Source: an uncultured Chloroflexia bacterium
GTDB taxonomy: Bacteria; Chloroflexota; Limnocylindria; Limnocylindrales; CSP1-4
DNA length: 64,000 nt
Direction: 5' to 3'
Assembly: GCA_963778955.1 (NCBI GenBank)
Contig: CAVZWI010000001.1
Coordinates: 147,980-211,979, forward strand
Position 1 is the first letter of the stretch; the number at the start of each line of letters is the position of its first letter. Both the position numbers and the translations under genes were made by a program. This document shows, piece by piece, positions 30,300 to 39,073 of the stretch. The notes under the pieces are model-generated. The model had not been told where the DNA came from and made no database searches. It saw only the letters and a list, made by a program, of their open reading frames with translations.

Positions 30300-30520
30300 G
30301 GACCAACGGTGGCCGCTGGTACTGGTGCCGCGATGCCTACAGGCCAAAGGTACGGGGTGGTCTGATGCGGTTGATGGAGGTACCCTCCAGACCCTGATGG
30401 GTCGATAGTACGGGCATGAACGTTGCCATCTCTCCCACCCCCGGTACGTCCGTCAGGTACCCGCCGAAGCCAGGCACCCGCCCGGCGCCGGCGCCCCAAG
30501 CGAGGCCTGCGAAACGAAGC

Positions 30521-31207
30521 ATGATCGCGACATTCGCTAGTATCAGCAACCGAATGCGACTCAGTTTCTTCTCCCGAGACTCCGGCCAGGAGCCCGCGCC
30601 GTCGAGCGCGACCCCATCCATCTCGGATGCGGTGAGGCCGCCTACCGGCAAGACCTTCCCGGCCGATGAAGTCGTCTGGGGCATCGTCATCCGCAACGGC
30701 TTCGATGAGCTGGACGATCCCTGGTATCACCGCGGGACCACACAACACGCCTACCTCGAAGGCAATGACAACGTCGCTATCTGCGGCTTCCGGCCCCCAC
30801 AGTCGGGTCCGCGAACGCGACGCCGTTCGCGCCTGGGTCTGCCCAGCGCGGGCGAGCACCCCATGTGCGGCATCTGTGCACGCATGGTGGTGGCACCGCG
30901 GCCGCGCGTGCCGGTGCCGGTCCAGGGTAGCCGCCCGCCGGTCCCCGTCCCCGTCGCTCGACCAGCACCCAGACCGCTCCAGCCGGCCCCGGTCGCCCAA
31001 CCGGTCCCTATCGCCCATGCGGGCCCCGGGCCGCAGATGGCTCCCATGCCGGTCCCGCCCAACGTGGCCGCGCCTACCTCGCCCTGGGTCCGCCAACGTT
31101 CCGGCGTCGAACCCCAGCCGCCCGGCCCTATGGCCGTCGAGCTCGGGACGCACCACGAGACCGGCCTTAGCGATCGCGGAGTCCGAACGGAGCGCAGCGA
31201 AGACTGA
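30521..31207 (+). CDS. hypothetical protein with Pro-rich C-terminus
   Basis: Only the middle part looks protein-like (FPADEVVWGIVIRNGFDELDDPWYHRGTTQHAYLEGNDNVAICGF...HPMCGICARMV). Start chosen at ATG 30521. No family recognised. Confidence 0.35.
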   Translation: MIATFASISNRMRLSFFSRDSGQEPAPSSATPSISDAVRPPTGKTFPADEVVWGIVIRNGFDELDDPWYHRGTTQHAYLEGNDNVAICGFRPPQSGPRTRRRSRLGLPSAGEHPMCGICARMVVAPRPRVPVPVQGSRPPVPVPVARPAPRPLQPAPVAQPVPIAHAGPGPQMAPMPVPPNVAAPTSPWVRQRSGVEPQPPGPMAVELGTHHETGLSDRGVRTERSED

Positions 31208-31285
31208 TACGCCGGCACCGCCGGCCGAGCATGGGAGAGGCCGCCCGACATCGAGGAGGTGTCGGGCGGTTGCTCGTTCTTGTCG

Positions 31286-32293
31286 CTACTCCGTCGGCTT
31301 GACGATGATCTTCAGGCCGTTGCGCGCGACCAGGTCGTCGAAGGCCTTGGCGGCCTCGCTCAGCGGGTAGGTGGCCGTGATCATGCCGTCGAGCGGCACG
31401 GTGCCGTGGTCCACCATCTCGATGGCGCGCAGCATGTGCGTCGCCTTCATGCGCCGCGACCAGGCCAGCGTGAGGCCCTTGCCGCGCGCCAGCTTGGCAG
31501 GGAACGAATGGCTGTTGGTGGGTGGGATGCCGACCACGACCACGCGGCCGCCCAGCTTGGCGGTGATGAGGGCCGACACGAGCGCGGCATCCTCGCCGGC
31601 GGCCTCGAAGCCCACGTCCACCTTGGGCACCGCGTCGATACCCTCCGGCTGGCCCTCGACCGTGGTCAGATAGGCTTCGTCGGCACCGGATGCCAGTGCC
31701 GCCTCCACGCGATGTGACTTGGCGTCGGTGGCGATGATGCGGCCCGCACCCATGGCCTTAAGGGCACGGATGATGAGCAGGCCGATGGGGCCGGCCCCGA
31801 AGACGCCGGCACTCATGCCGGGCTTGAAGTGACCCAGGTCGATGGCGTGAAGCCCGACACCGAGTGGCTCGAGCAGTGCGATGTCGTCGCCCTTGATGGT
31901 GTCAGGCGCCGGCAGCAGCAGGCGCTGCGGCCAGTTCATCAGCGAGCGCAGGCCCCCGTGGATGGGCGCGTGGCCGCAGAACTTGACGTCCAGGCAGAGG
32001 TTGGCGTTGCCGGCGCGACAGACGTCGCAATGGCCACAGGGGTTGGCCGGCTCCACGATGACGCGCTCACCCTCGCGGGGGCCGCCCATGATCACGCCGC
32101 CCATCTCGTGGCCCAGCACCAACGGCTCGACGACGACCGATTTGCCGATGCCGCCGTCCTCGTACCAATGGAGGTCGGAGCCACAGAGGCCGACGGCGGT
32201 GATGCGGACCAGCTCTTCGCCGGGGGCGACGAGCGGCTCTGGTTCCTGGTGGATACGAACGTCTTTGGCGCCGTGTAGGCGAAGCACTTCCAT
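31286..32293 (-). CDS. zinc-dependent MDR alcohol/polyol dehydrogenase
   Basis: ITAVGLCGSDLHWYEDG, GHEMGG, CGHCDVCRAG and GVFGAGPIG. ATG at 32293. Confidence 0.88.
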   Translation of the reverse strand: MEVLRLHGAKDVRIHQEPEPLVAPGEELVRITAVGLCGSDLHWYEDGGIGKSVVVEPLVLGHEMGGVIMGGPREGERVIVEPANPCGHCDVCRAGNANLCLDVKFCGHAPIHGGLRSLMNWPQRLLLPAPDTIKGDDIALLEPLGVGLHAIDLGHFKPGMSAGVFGAGPIGLLIIRALKAMGAGRIIATDAKSHRVEAALASGADEAYLTTVEGQPEGIDAVPKVDVGFEAAGEDAALVSALITAKLGGRVVVVGIPPTNSHSFPAKLARGKGLTLAWSRRMKATHMLRAIEMVDHGTVPLDGMITATYPLSEAAKAFDDLVARNGLKIIVKPTE

Positions 32294-32529
32294 GCCGCCA
32301 ACGATAGCGCGCCGGGCGGTCCTCGCCTCGGGCGGTTCGGCACTTCGACAGCGGCGCATCGGCACCGTGCAGAGCAGCTCGATAGCCCTCGGTCGAAGGC
32401 AGCAGAAACAACTCGGTGGTGCGTTCGGTCAACTGTCGACTTGGTCCGGTCGCGTATGCTTCAGAGGTGGCCGATGGTGCGTGCCGTGCGCGCTTTCGGA
32501 CCACATCTTCGAGGAGCATCTATCGCCTG

Positions 32530-33192
32530 ATGGCCGCTGAGCATGTGCACGTGCCCGCGCACGCTTCGGACTGGGTGACGCCGACTGCCGCACCGCCCGA
32601 ATGGGCCTCGGTCAGCGTGTCCGCGAAAGCGCGCACGCCCGTCGACGAGGGCCTCATCAAGGTCGTCTCCGGGATGACGCCGGGCAAGGCGCTCGACCTC
32701 GGTTGTGGTGAAGGCCAGAACAGCATCTGGCTGGCGCAGCGGGGCTGGATCGTGAACGCCGTGGACATCTCGTCGAGCGCCATCGCCGAGGCTCGCGAGA
32801 TGGCGGCGGCGGCCGGGGTCGATCGCACCGTCGTGTTCAAGGTCGCCGACATCGGCGAATGGGGGCCGCTGTCTCGCTACGACCTCGTCTTTTGCACCTT
32901 CGCCCTGCCGGCGCGCGGCATGGGACGTAGTCGCATGCTGGAGACCGCCGCCAGAGCCGTGGCATCGGGCGGCACCATCCTGCTGAGTGACTTCGACACC
33001 TCGTTGCGCCGCGAGGGCTGGATGGCGGAGAAGTACCTGGTATCGCTCGAGGAGCTGGAGCGCCACCTGGATGGCTTCCGTATCGATCGCTCCAGCGTGT
33101 CGGTCGCACGGCATCGCCACGGCTACGAGGAGCGGCTGCTGCCGGTCGCCAGCGTCGTCGCCACCCGCCGCACGGACCTGCGAACCTTCTAG
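32530..33192 (+). CDS. class I SAM-dependent methyltransferase
   Basis: Motif I ALDLGCGEGQNSIWLA, then VNAVDIS and YDLVFCTF. ATG at 32530. Confidence 0.8.
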   Translation: MAAEHVHVPAHASDWVTPTAAPPEWASVSVSAKARTPVDEGLIKVVSGMTPGKALDLGCGEGQNSIWLAQRGWIVNAVDISSSAIAEAREMAAAAGVDRTVVFKVADIGEWGPLSRYDLVFCTFALPARGMGRSRMLETAARAVASGGTILLSDFDTSLRREGWMAEKYLVSLEELERHLDGFRIDRSSVSVARHRHGYEERLLPVASVVATRRTDLRTF

Positions 33193-33213
33193 CCCCGCGC
33201 CTATGCTCTGGCG

Positions 33214-34601
33214 GTGACGCTGACCGACCATCCCATCCTGGCGCAGTTGCGCGAGGCGCTGCCAGGGATGCGCGTGCTGAGCCAGCCTGCAGATGTAGAG
33301 CCGTTCCGCCGCGACGAGACCGAGTTCGTGCCCGACGGAGCGCCGATCGCCGTGGCCTTCCCCACCAGCACGGACGAGGTGGCCACGATCGTGCGGCATT
33401 GCGCGCACCACCGGGTAGCGGTCGTGGCCCGGGGTGGCGGTAGCGGGCTCACCGGTGGTGCCAACGCGGTCGAGGGTTGCATCGTATTGGTCACCACAGC
33501 CATGGACCGCATCGTCGAGATCGACGCCGACAACCTGCTCGTGGTCACCCAGCCGGGTGTCCTCACGGCCGACCTGGAGAAGGCGGTCGAAGCGCAGGGC
33601 CTCTTCTATCCGCCCGACCCCGCCTCGCATGAGATCAGCTGCATCGGCGGCAACATCGCCGAGAACGCCGGCGGCTTTCGCTGCGTCAAGTACGGCGTCA
33701 CGCGCGACTGGGTGATGGGCCTAGAGGTCGTCCTCGCTGACGGCGACGTCATCCGAACCGGCGGCCGCAATGTCAAGGACGTCATGGGCTACGACCTGAC
33801 GCGCCTCTTCGTGGGCTCCGAGGGCACGCTGGGCATCATCACCGAGGCCACACTTCGGCTGCGTCCCATGCCGTCGCCAAAGACGACCTTGCTGGCCTTC
33901 TTCCCCACTGTCCGGCACGCCGGGGACGCCGTCTCCCGCATCACCCGTGCCGGGCTCGTGCCGGCCACGCTCGAACTGCTCGACCGCCACGTCATCGCCG
34001 CCGTGGAGGCTGCGCTGGCGCTGGGCCTCGACACCGACGCCGGGGCGATGCTGATGATCGAATCGGATGCCGGCGGCGCGCTGGCTGAGGCCGAGCTGGA
34101 CGTCGCCTCGTCGGCATGCCAGTCAGCCGGCTCCACCACCCAGACCCGCGCCGCCGACACCGCCGAGGCTGACGCGCTGCGCCAGGCTCGCCGTCGTGCC
34201 CACTGGTCGATGGAGCAGGTGGGCCTGGCACGCTCCGAGGACATCAGCGTGCCGCGCAGCCGTATCGCCGACCTGATGGAGGCCATCGCCCGCGTGTCGG
34301 CGCGGCATGACATGGAGATCGGCGTACTCGGCCATGCCGGTGACGGCAACTTCCACCCCACCTACGTCACCGGCCACGATGCTCCCCGCGTCGAAGAGCG
34401 CACCGATGCCGTCCGGGCCGACCTCTATGCCGAGGTCCTGGCACTCGGCGGTAGCATCGCCGGTGAGCACGGCACGGGTCTGTCCAAGCGCGACTTCCTC
34501 GAGCTACAGGTCGGGGCCCGCAGTCTTGCCGCCATGCGCGCCATCAAGTCGGCGCTCGATCCCGACGGCATCCTGAACCCCGGCAAGATCTTCCCGACTG
34601 A
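33214..34601 (+). CDS. FAD-linked oxidase (GlcD / D-lactate dehydrogenase family), 3' end uncertain
   Basis: VVARGGGSGLTGGA, GGNIAENAGG, GHAGDGNFHP, GEHGTGLSKR and LNPGKIF. Homologues end just after NPGKIF, but the ORF runs to 35139 through the convergent gene. A TGA at 34599-34601 becomes in-frame with a 1-nt correction near GATC 34587-34590. Confidence 0.8.
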
Positions 34602-34610
34602 CGGTTCCAA

Positions 34611-34634
34611 GCGGACTTCCGAAGAATCGTCCGC
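34611..34634. terminator. hairpin between convergent genes
   Basis: GCGGAC (34611-34616) pairs with GTCCGC (34629-34634), with an inner TTC/GAA pairing. It sits between the inferred GlcD stop and the stop of the minus-strand gene at 34635. Confidence 0.4.
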
Positions 34635-35983
34635 CTACGGCGTAAGGCTCCAGAGCTCGCGACCGTGCTCGCCATCGCTGGCGCTGAAGAGGAGTACCCC
34701 GCCGAGCTTCACCAGCTCCCGCGGGAACGACGAGCCCGACGGATCGATGTCCGCAGCCTCGACCGTTCCCGCGGTGGTCCCATCGCTCATCCAGAGCTCG
34801 TGGTCGAGCAGCCTCCAGTCCGTGCCATCGTCCTCGCCCGGACCGGCGGCGAACCAGAGCCGGCCGTCCAGCCCAACGCACCTCAGCGTGACCGCGGAGG
34901 TGAACCAGTCGGCCGTGCCGCCCTTGACGAGTTCCGTTCCGGCAGCGGTCGCGTCACTGACCCAGAGCTCGTCGCGAGAGGGCAGTGACCGCGAGGAACG
35001 TGTCATCCACAATCGGCCGAGGTGCTTCTGCATGCCGGGCAACGGACGGACGCGAGGCACGACCGCGCCGGTGCCCGACTTGGTGCCGCCGCTCCCGAAG
35101 AGCCGGAGCCGGATGCTGTCGGTCCAGCCGTTGAAATAGATGTCGTCACCAAGCACGGCGAACTCCCCGGTGGCGAAGATGCCGCTCACGGGCCTGGTGC
35201 CGGCTCGGCTGCCGTCGGACCACCACAGACGAGGCGGCTCCAGGCAGCCGTCGCCACCACCGCACCAGTCCGGCCCATGGTGCGCGCCGCCGACGAAGAA
35301 GATGCGCCCGCGGAACGGCGTCAAACCGCTGCTGTTCAGCCACCGGGGAGAGATGCGCTTGGTGCCGGTGCTCGTGGCATCGGTCACCCAGAGTGCGCCA
35401 CCAGCGTTGAAATACAAGCGTGATCGCATGACGGCCGACCCGACCAGGTCGATGTCCGGGATGGCACGCACCAGCTGCGTGGACTTGCCCGTTCCGTCCG
35501 TGCGCCACAGGTCCTCGTAGCGGCGACTGAAGTAGGCCCGGCTGCCGAGCGCGGCGATCTGGAGATCGCCGGAGCCCTTGCTGCCCGGCGCCAGGTCCCG
35601 CACCAGGCGGGTGCCCTTGCGCGTGCCGTCGCTGATCCACAGTTCGCGGCCGTGGCTGCCATCGTCGGCACTGAAGTACAGCCGATCCCGACACGCGTCA
35701 GGGAGCGCGGCGCAGAGCCACCAGAGCCGGGGCGGATGTCGCGGACCAGGCGGGTGCCAACGGGAGTGCCGTCAGTGGCCCACAGCTCTCGGCCGTTGGT
35801 GCCATCGGTGGCGCTGAAGAACACCGTCTTGCCGACGACGGTGAGCGACTCCGGCCCGGATCCCGACCAAGGATGGATGTCAGCGACGAGCGTGGCAGAC
35901 GGAGCTGCGGCCACGCCGACTGGAGGGATGAGCAGGACCGCGGCGATGACGATCACGACGGCCCAGGTGACGACGGCGCGCAT
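34635..35983 (-). CDS. ELWxxDGT-repeat exported protein (frame break at 35684-35689)
   Basis: Signal peptide MRAVVTWAVVIVIAAVLLIPPVGVAAA. Repeats: RELWATDGTPVGT, (RELWISDGTRKGT across the break), DLWRTDGTGKST, ELWVSDATAAGT and ELWMSDGTTAGT. ORFs 35384..36214 and 34635..35603 join if one G is added at GGGATCGG. Confidence 0.8.
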
Positions 35984-36114
35984 GGCCAATGTCTCCCGAT
36001 GGGTCCCGCGTTGACCCGGGATAGGGCTGCCATCGCGCAGGACCCAGCAGTCTGACGTTACGCCCACCACCTTCGGCATCAAGGTGCCGAAGGTCACCTC
36101 GATGGACAGATGGT

Positions 36115-37019
36115 TCAGTCGCCCTCGGAGCCGTCGAGTCGAGCGAGGATCTGGAGTGAAAGGCGAGCGGCCTCGACCGGGTCCGAGCCGAGCACCTGGC
36201 GGTAGTAGTCCCACGATTCGAACTCCACGGTCAGGTAGCCCTCGTAGCCGATGTCGTCGAGCGCTGCGAAGAAGTCCGCCCAGGGTACGACCCCCTCCCC
36301 CAGCAGCGGGAAGACGAACGTGTCGCCGAACATGCCCGGTCGGCCGACCGCGTCCTTGAGGTGGACGTGGCGGATGCGGGAGCCGAGTTGGCGGATGACC
36401 CAGGGGATGTCATTGCCGACGAGCACGCCGTGCGATGGGTCGAGATTGATACCGAGCGCCGGTGAGTCGTAGTGGCGCAGCAGCTCCAGCGTGGTGTAGT
36501 AGTCGTGGACGAGGTGGCCGAAGACGCCTTCGACGGCCAACTGCACGCCGGCGTCCTGCGCCACCGGCACGAGTCGGTCGAAGGCGTGCACGCACCATGC
36601 CCCACGCCGCTCCCTCGCGGAGGTCCCTGCCGAGCCCAGGTGCCAGATGGGTCCCACGGGGCCGGGCCGGTGAAGAGATTGACCGGCGCGACGATCGACT
36701 GCCCGCTCATGTCCAGCTCGGCCACGGCTCGGATCGCGGCGATGGCGAGGTCGATGCGCTGGTCGCGCACAGCGTCGTCGGGATGCACGAAGTCGAGCTG
36801 CACGATCCATTCACTCACCGCCAACCCGGCAGCCTGCGTGTCGGCCAGCAGCGCGCGGCGATCGGCATCGGTCCGATGGTCGGGGTCGATGCGGGCGAAC
36901 GGCCAGGAGACCGCAGCATAGCCCAGGCCGGCGAGCGAATCGGCCACCTCCGCGGCAGGTCGATCGACGAAGTCGAGTGCCGCGAGGAACCCATGTAAGC
37001 GCCCGTTTCGCGGGCTCAC
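36115..37019 (-). CDS. sugar phosphate isomerase/epimerase (xylose isomerase-like TIM barrel), disrupted
   Basis: The N-terminal half is in ORF 36231..37187 (from GTG 37019, a GTGA overlap with the upstream gene). The C-terminal half is in ORF 36115..36810 (AFDRLVPVAQDAGVQLAVEG...HVHLKD...GYLTVEFE). The junction around 36590-36650 probably needs two corrections. Confidence 0.7.
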
Positions 37020-38035
37020 GCGTGGTCGGCCAGGACGATCCGTTGACCCCGCTCGGCCGATACATACGCGGCACGGATGATGCGCAGTGCCAAGCGGGCG
37101 TCGTGTGGCGTGACCAGGAAGGGCCGGTCGTGTGCGATGGCATCGAGCGCATGGGCCAAGCCTCGCCTTACTGACCAGGGCCACCACTCGGGGTCGTGTT
37201 CCACGTGCTGGGGGACCAGTTCGTGATCGTCCCAGACCGCCATCGGGTCGCTGTCTTCGAGGCGCACGTGGATGGCGCCCGTCTCACCCCAGATGGAGCG
37301 CGTCTCGCTCCAGGGCTGACCGCCCGACGCGTACCCGACCAGCAGCGAGACCAGGAGGTGCGGGTACTCGAGGATGAGCGCTGCGGTGTCGTCGGCCTTG
37401 TCCGGCGACTCGATGACGAGACGAGCGAGGTGACACTGGAGCGCTGTCGGCACGCCGAACCAGTGGAGCGCGAGATCGACGAGGTGCGTGCCGCTGTCGG
37501 CGAGAGCACCTCCGCCGGCGCGATCCCAGGTGCCCTTCCAGTGACCCGGCAGGCCCATGCGTGGGCGCTCGTCGCCCGCGACGGTCAGGGTCGCCAGCGA
37601 GATGCGGTCGATGAAGCCGTCGTCCAGCAGATCGCTGGTGCGCTGGTGGCAGGGCAGGAAGCGCTGATTGAGGGCGACGTAGAAGCGCCGGCCGGCATCC
37701 TCCGCGGCGGCGATCATCTCATCGGCTTCGGCGAGCGTGTTGGCGATGGGCTTATCGAGGATGACGTGCTTGCCGGCCGCCAGGGCTTCGAGCACGACCG
37801 GGTGGTGGAGGTCGTGCGGGAGGCAGATGTCGATGACATCGATGCCGGGGTCATCGAGCAGGGCGCGGTAGTCGGCCACGGCGCGCGCGATGTCGTAGTC
37901 GCGGCTGATGCGCTCGAGCTGGTGAGGGTCGCTGTCGGCGACCGAGACGCGGTCGACATCATGGTGGGACAGCATCTCCTCGACATGGACGGTCCCGGCG
38001 ACCCCGCCGCCGATGACCCCGACATACAGTCCCAT
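37016..38035 (-). CDS. Gfo/Idh/MocA family oxidoreductase
   Basis: MGLYVGVIGGGVAGTVH Rossmann N-terminus, ICLPHDLH and EKP-like DKPIA. ATG 38035 preceded by AGGAGG. Confidence 0.88.
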   Translation of the reverse strand: MGLYVGVIGGGVAGTVHVEEMLSHHDVDRVSVADSDPHQLERISRDYDIARAVADYRALLDDPGIDVIDICLPHDLHHPVVLEALAAGKHVILDKPIANTLAEADEMIAAAEDAGRRFYVALNQRFLPCHQRTSDLLDDGFIDRISLATLTVAGDERPRMGLPGHWKGTWDRAGGGALADSGTHLVDLALHWFGVPTALQCHLARLVIESPDKADDTAALILEYPHLLVSLLVGYASGGQPWSETRSIWGETGAIHVRLEDSDPMAVWDDHELVPQHVEHDPEWWPWSVRRGLAHALDAIAHDRPFLVTPHDARLALRIIRAAYVSAERGQRIVLADHA

Positions 38036-38247
38036 CCTGGCCCTCCTGCGCCTCCGAGCGTTCGCCACCAGCGTACGCCTCCGGTGCTGCCATGTGAGCG
38101 CCGGGATGCCGTGCTCAGGGGAGAGCGCTGGCGACGCTGGATGCTCGCGCACGAGCCACCTACGATCGTGTCGTTGTGGCCGTTCGGTTCCGGGGCAGAC
38201 GCGTACTCCTCGACCCGTCATCCTGACCCGCTAGAATGACGCCCGAG

Positions 38248-38445
38248 GCCGACATAGCTCAGTGGTAGAGCACTTCACAAGGTCTGTGAAGTGAACGAGA
38301 AACTTCACAGGAGGAACGGGTTCCAGGATGAAACTCCACGCTCAGGAAGGGCGACAAGTCGCCACTCGGGACGATCGGGACCTCAACGAGGCAGAGCTTG
38401 TTCGTAAACAGCAGGTCCTCGGTTCAAATCCGAGTGTCGGCTCCA
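38248..38445 (+). tRNA. tRNA-Thr(CGU)-like gene interrupted by about 123 nt (possible intervening sequence or inactivated gene)
   Basis: 5' half at 38248-38272: GCCGACA TA GCTC AGTGGTA GAGC A. 3' half at 38401-38445: TTCGTAA ACAGC AGGTC CTCGG TTCAAAT CCGAG TGTCGGC T CCA. The acceptor strands pair 7/7 and the T arm is canonical. The only candidate 5' anticodon-stem strand, GCTTG (38396-38400), pairs at 3 of 5 positions. Confidence 0.55.
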
Positions 38446-38458
38446 CTTCCCAAGCGCT

Positions 38459-38722
38459 AAGGGCGAGAACGCGGGCACCCTCGTGCTCGATGGCTCCAGT
38501 TCCATCCGCGGCAACACCGCGGGCACCGGTGGCGGTCTGGTCAACCTCGGGTCCGCCACCCTCGTCATGCACGACTCCAGCTCCATCCAAGGCAACACCG
38601 CGACATATAGAGGTGGTGGTGGGGTCTGGAACCACGCCGGCATCCTCGACGGTGTCGTCTGCGACGGAACGGACGCCAACGTCTACGACAACACGCCCGA
38701 CAACTGCGGTAGCGAGTCCTAG
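38459..38722 (+). pseudogene. C-terminal fragment of a beta-helix (GNTA/GGG repeat) surface protein
   Basis: The frame reads GENAGTLVLDGSSSIRGNTAGTGGGLVNLGSATLVMHDSSSIQGNTATYRGGGGVWN...NVYDNTPDNCGSES followed by a stop. It begins directly after the tRNA CCA, with no N-terminal part and no start context. Confidence 0.5.
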
Positions 38723-39073
38723 GGCGGAGGTCGCTGGTCTGTGGTCGGGCGTTCGCGCCGCGCGCGTCGCGGGTCACGGGTCGAGTACGAGGCAACCCGC
38801 AGGCAGCCAGCATGGGTGGGCGGACACGATGCGTGCCACCCTCGCAGTCGTGATGGATGCTCATGGTCGCTGGAGTGCGGGGCGCGCCGTGGTCGATGAC
38901 GCCCGACGTGCTGGTTGAGATCAGACGCGTTGACCCGGGCTACCCACATGGCGGCGAGCGGCGAGCTGAGCATGGGAGGGCCGTCCCGCTGACCCACGGA
39001 GGTGAAAGGGCATGCTCGGCGACGTGCCGGCCGGCATCGGCAAGCAGCTTTCGCAGTAGCCTCGCGAGCCGCT

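Noticed and set aside
30206-31156. 316-aa minus-strand ORF opposite the Pro-rich hypothetical gene
   Set aside because: It has an Arg/Gly/Asp-rich composition with no motifs. The plus-strand frame contains the only protein-like stretch.
38273-38395. Group I or group II self-splicing intron in the tRNA
   Set aside because: At about 123 nt it is well below the smallest group I introns I know (about 200 nt) and far below group II. I could not find P7- or G-binding-site-like elements by eye. The apparent insertion point is at the D-arm/anticodon-stem junction rather than in the anticodon loop. It is kept only as an unexplained intervening sequence.
38328-38918. 196-aa ORF starting inside the tRNA insert (AGGAGG upstream)
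   Set aside because: It reads straight through the tRNA 3' half and then out of frame across the beta-helix fragment. The AGGAGG is 13 nt from the ATG. The translation is low-complexity.
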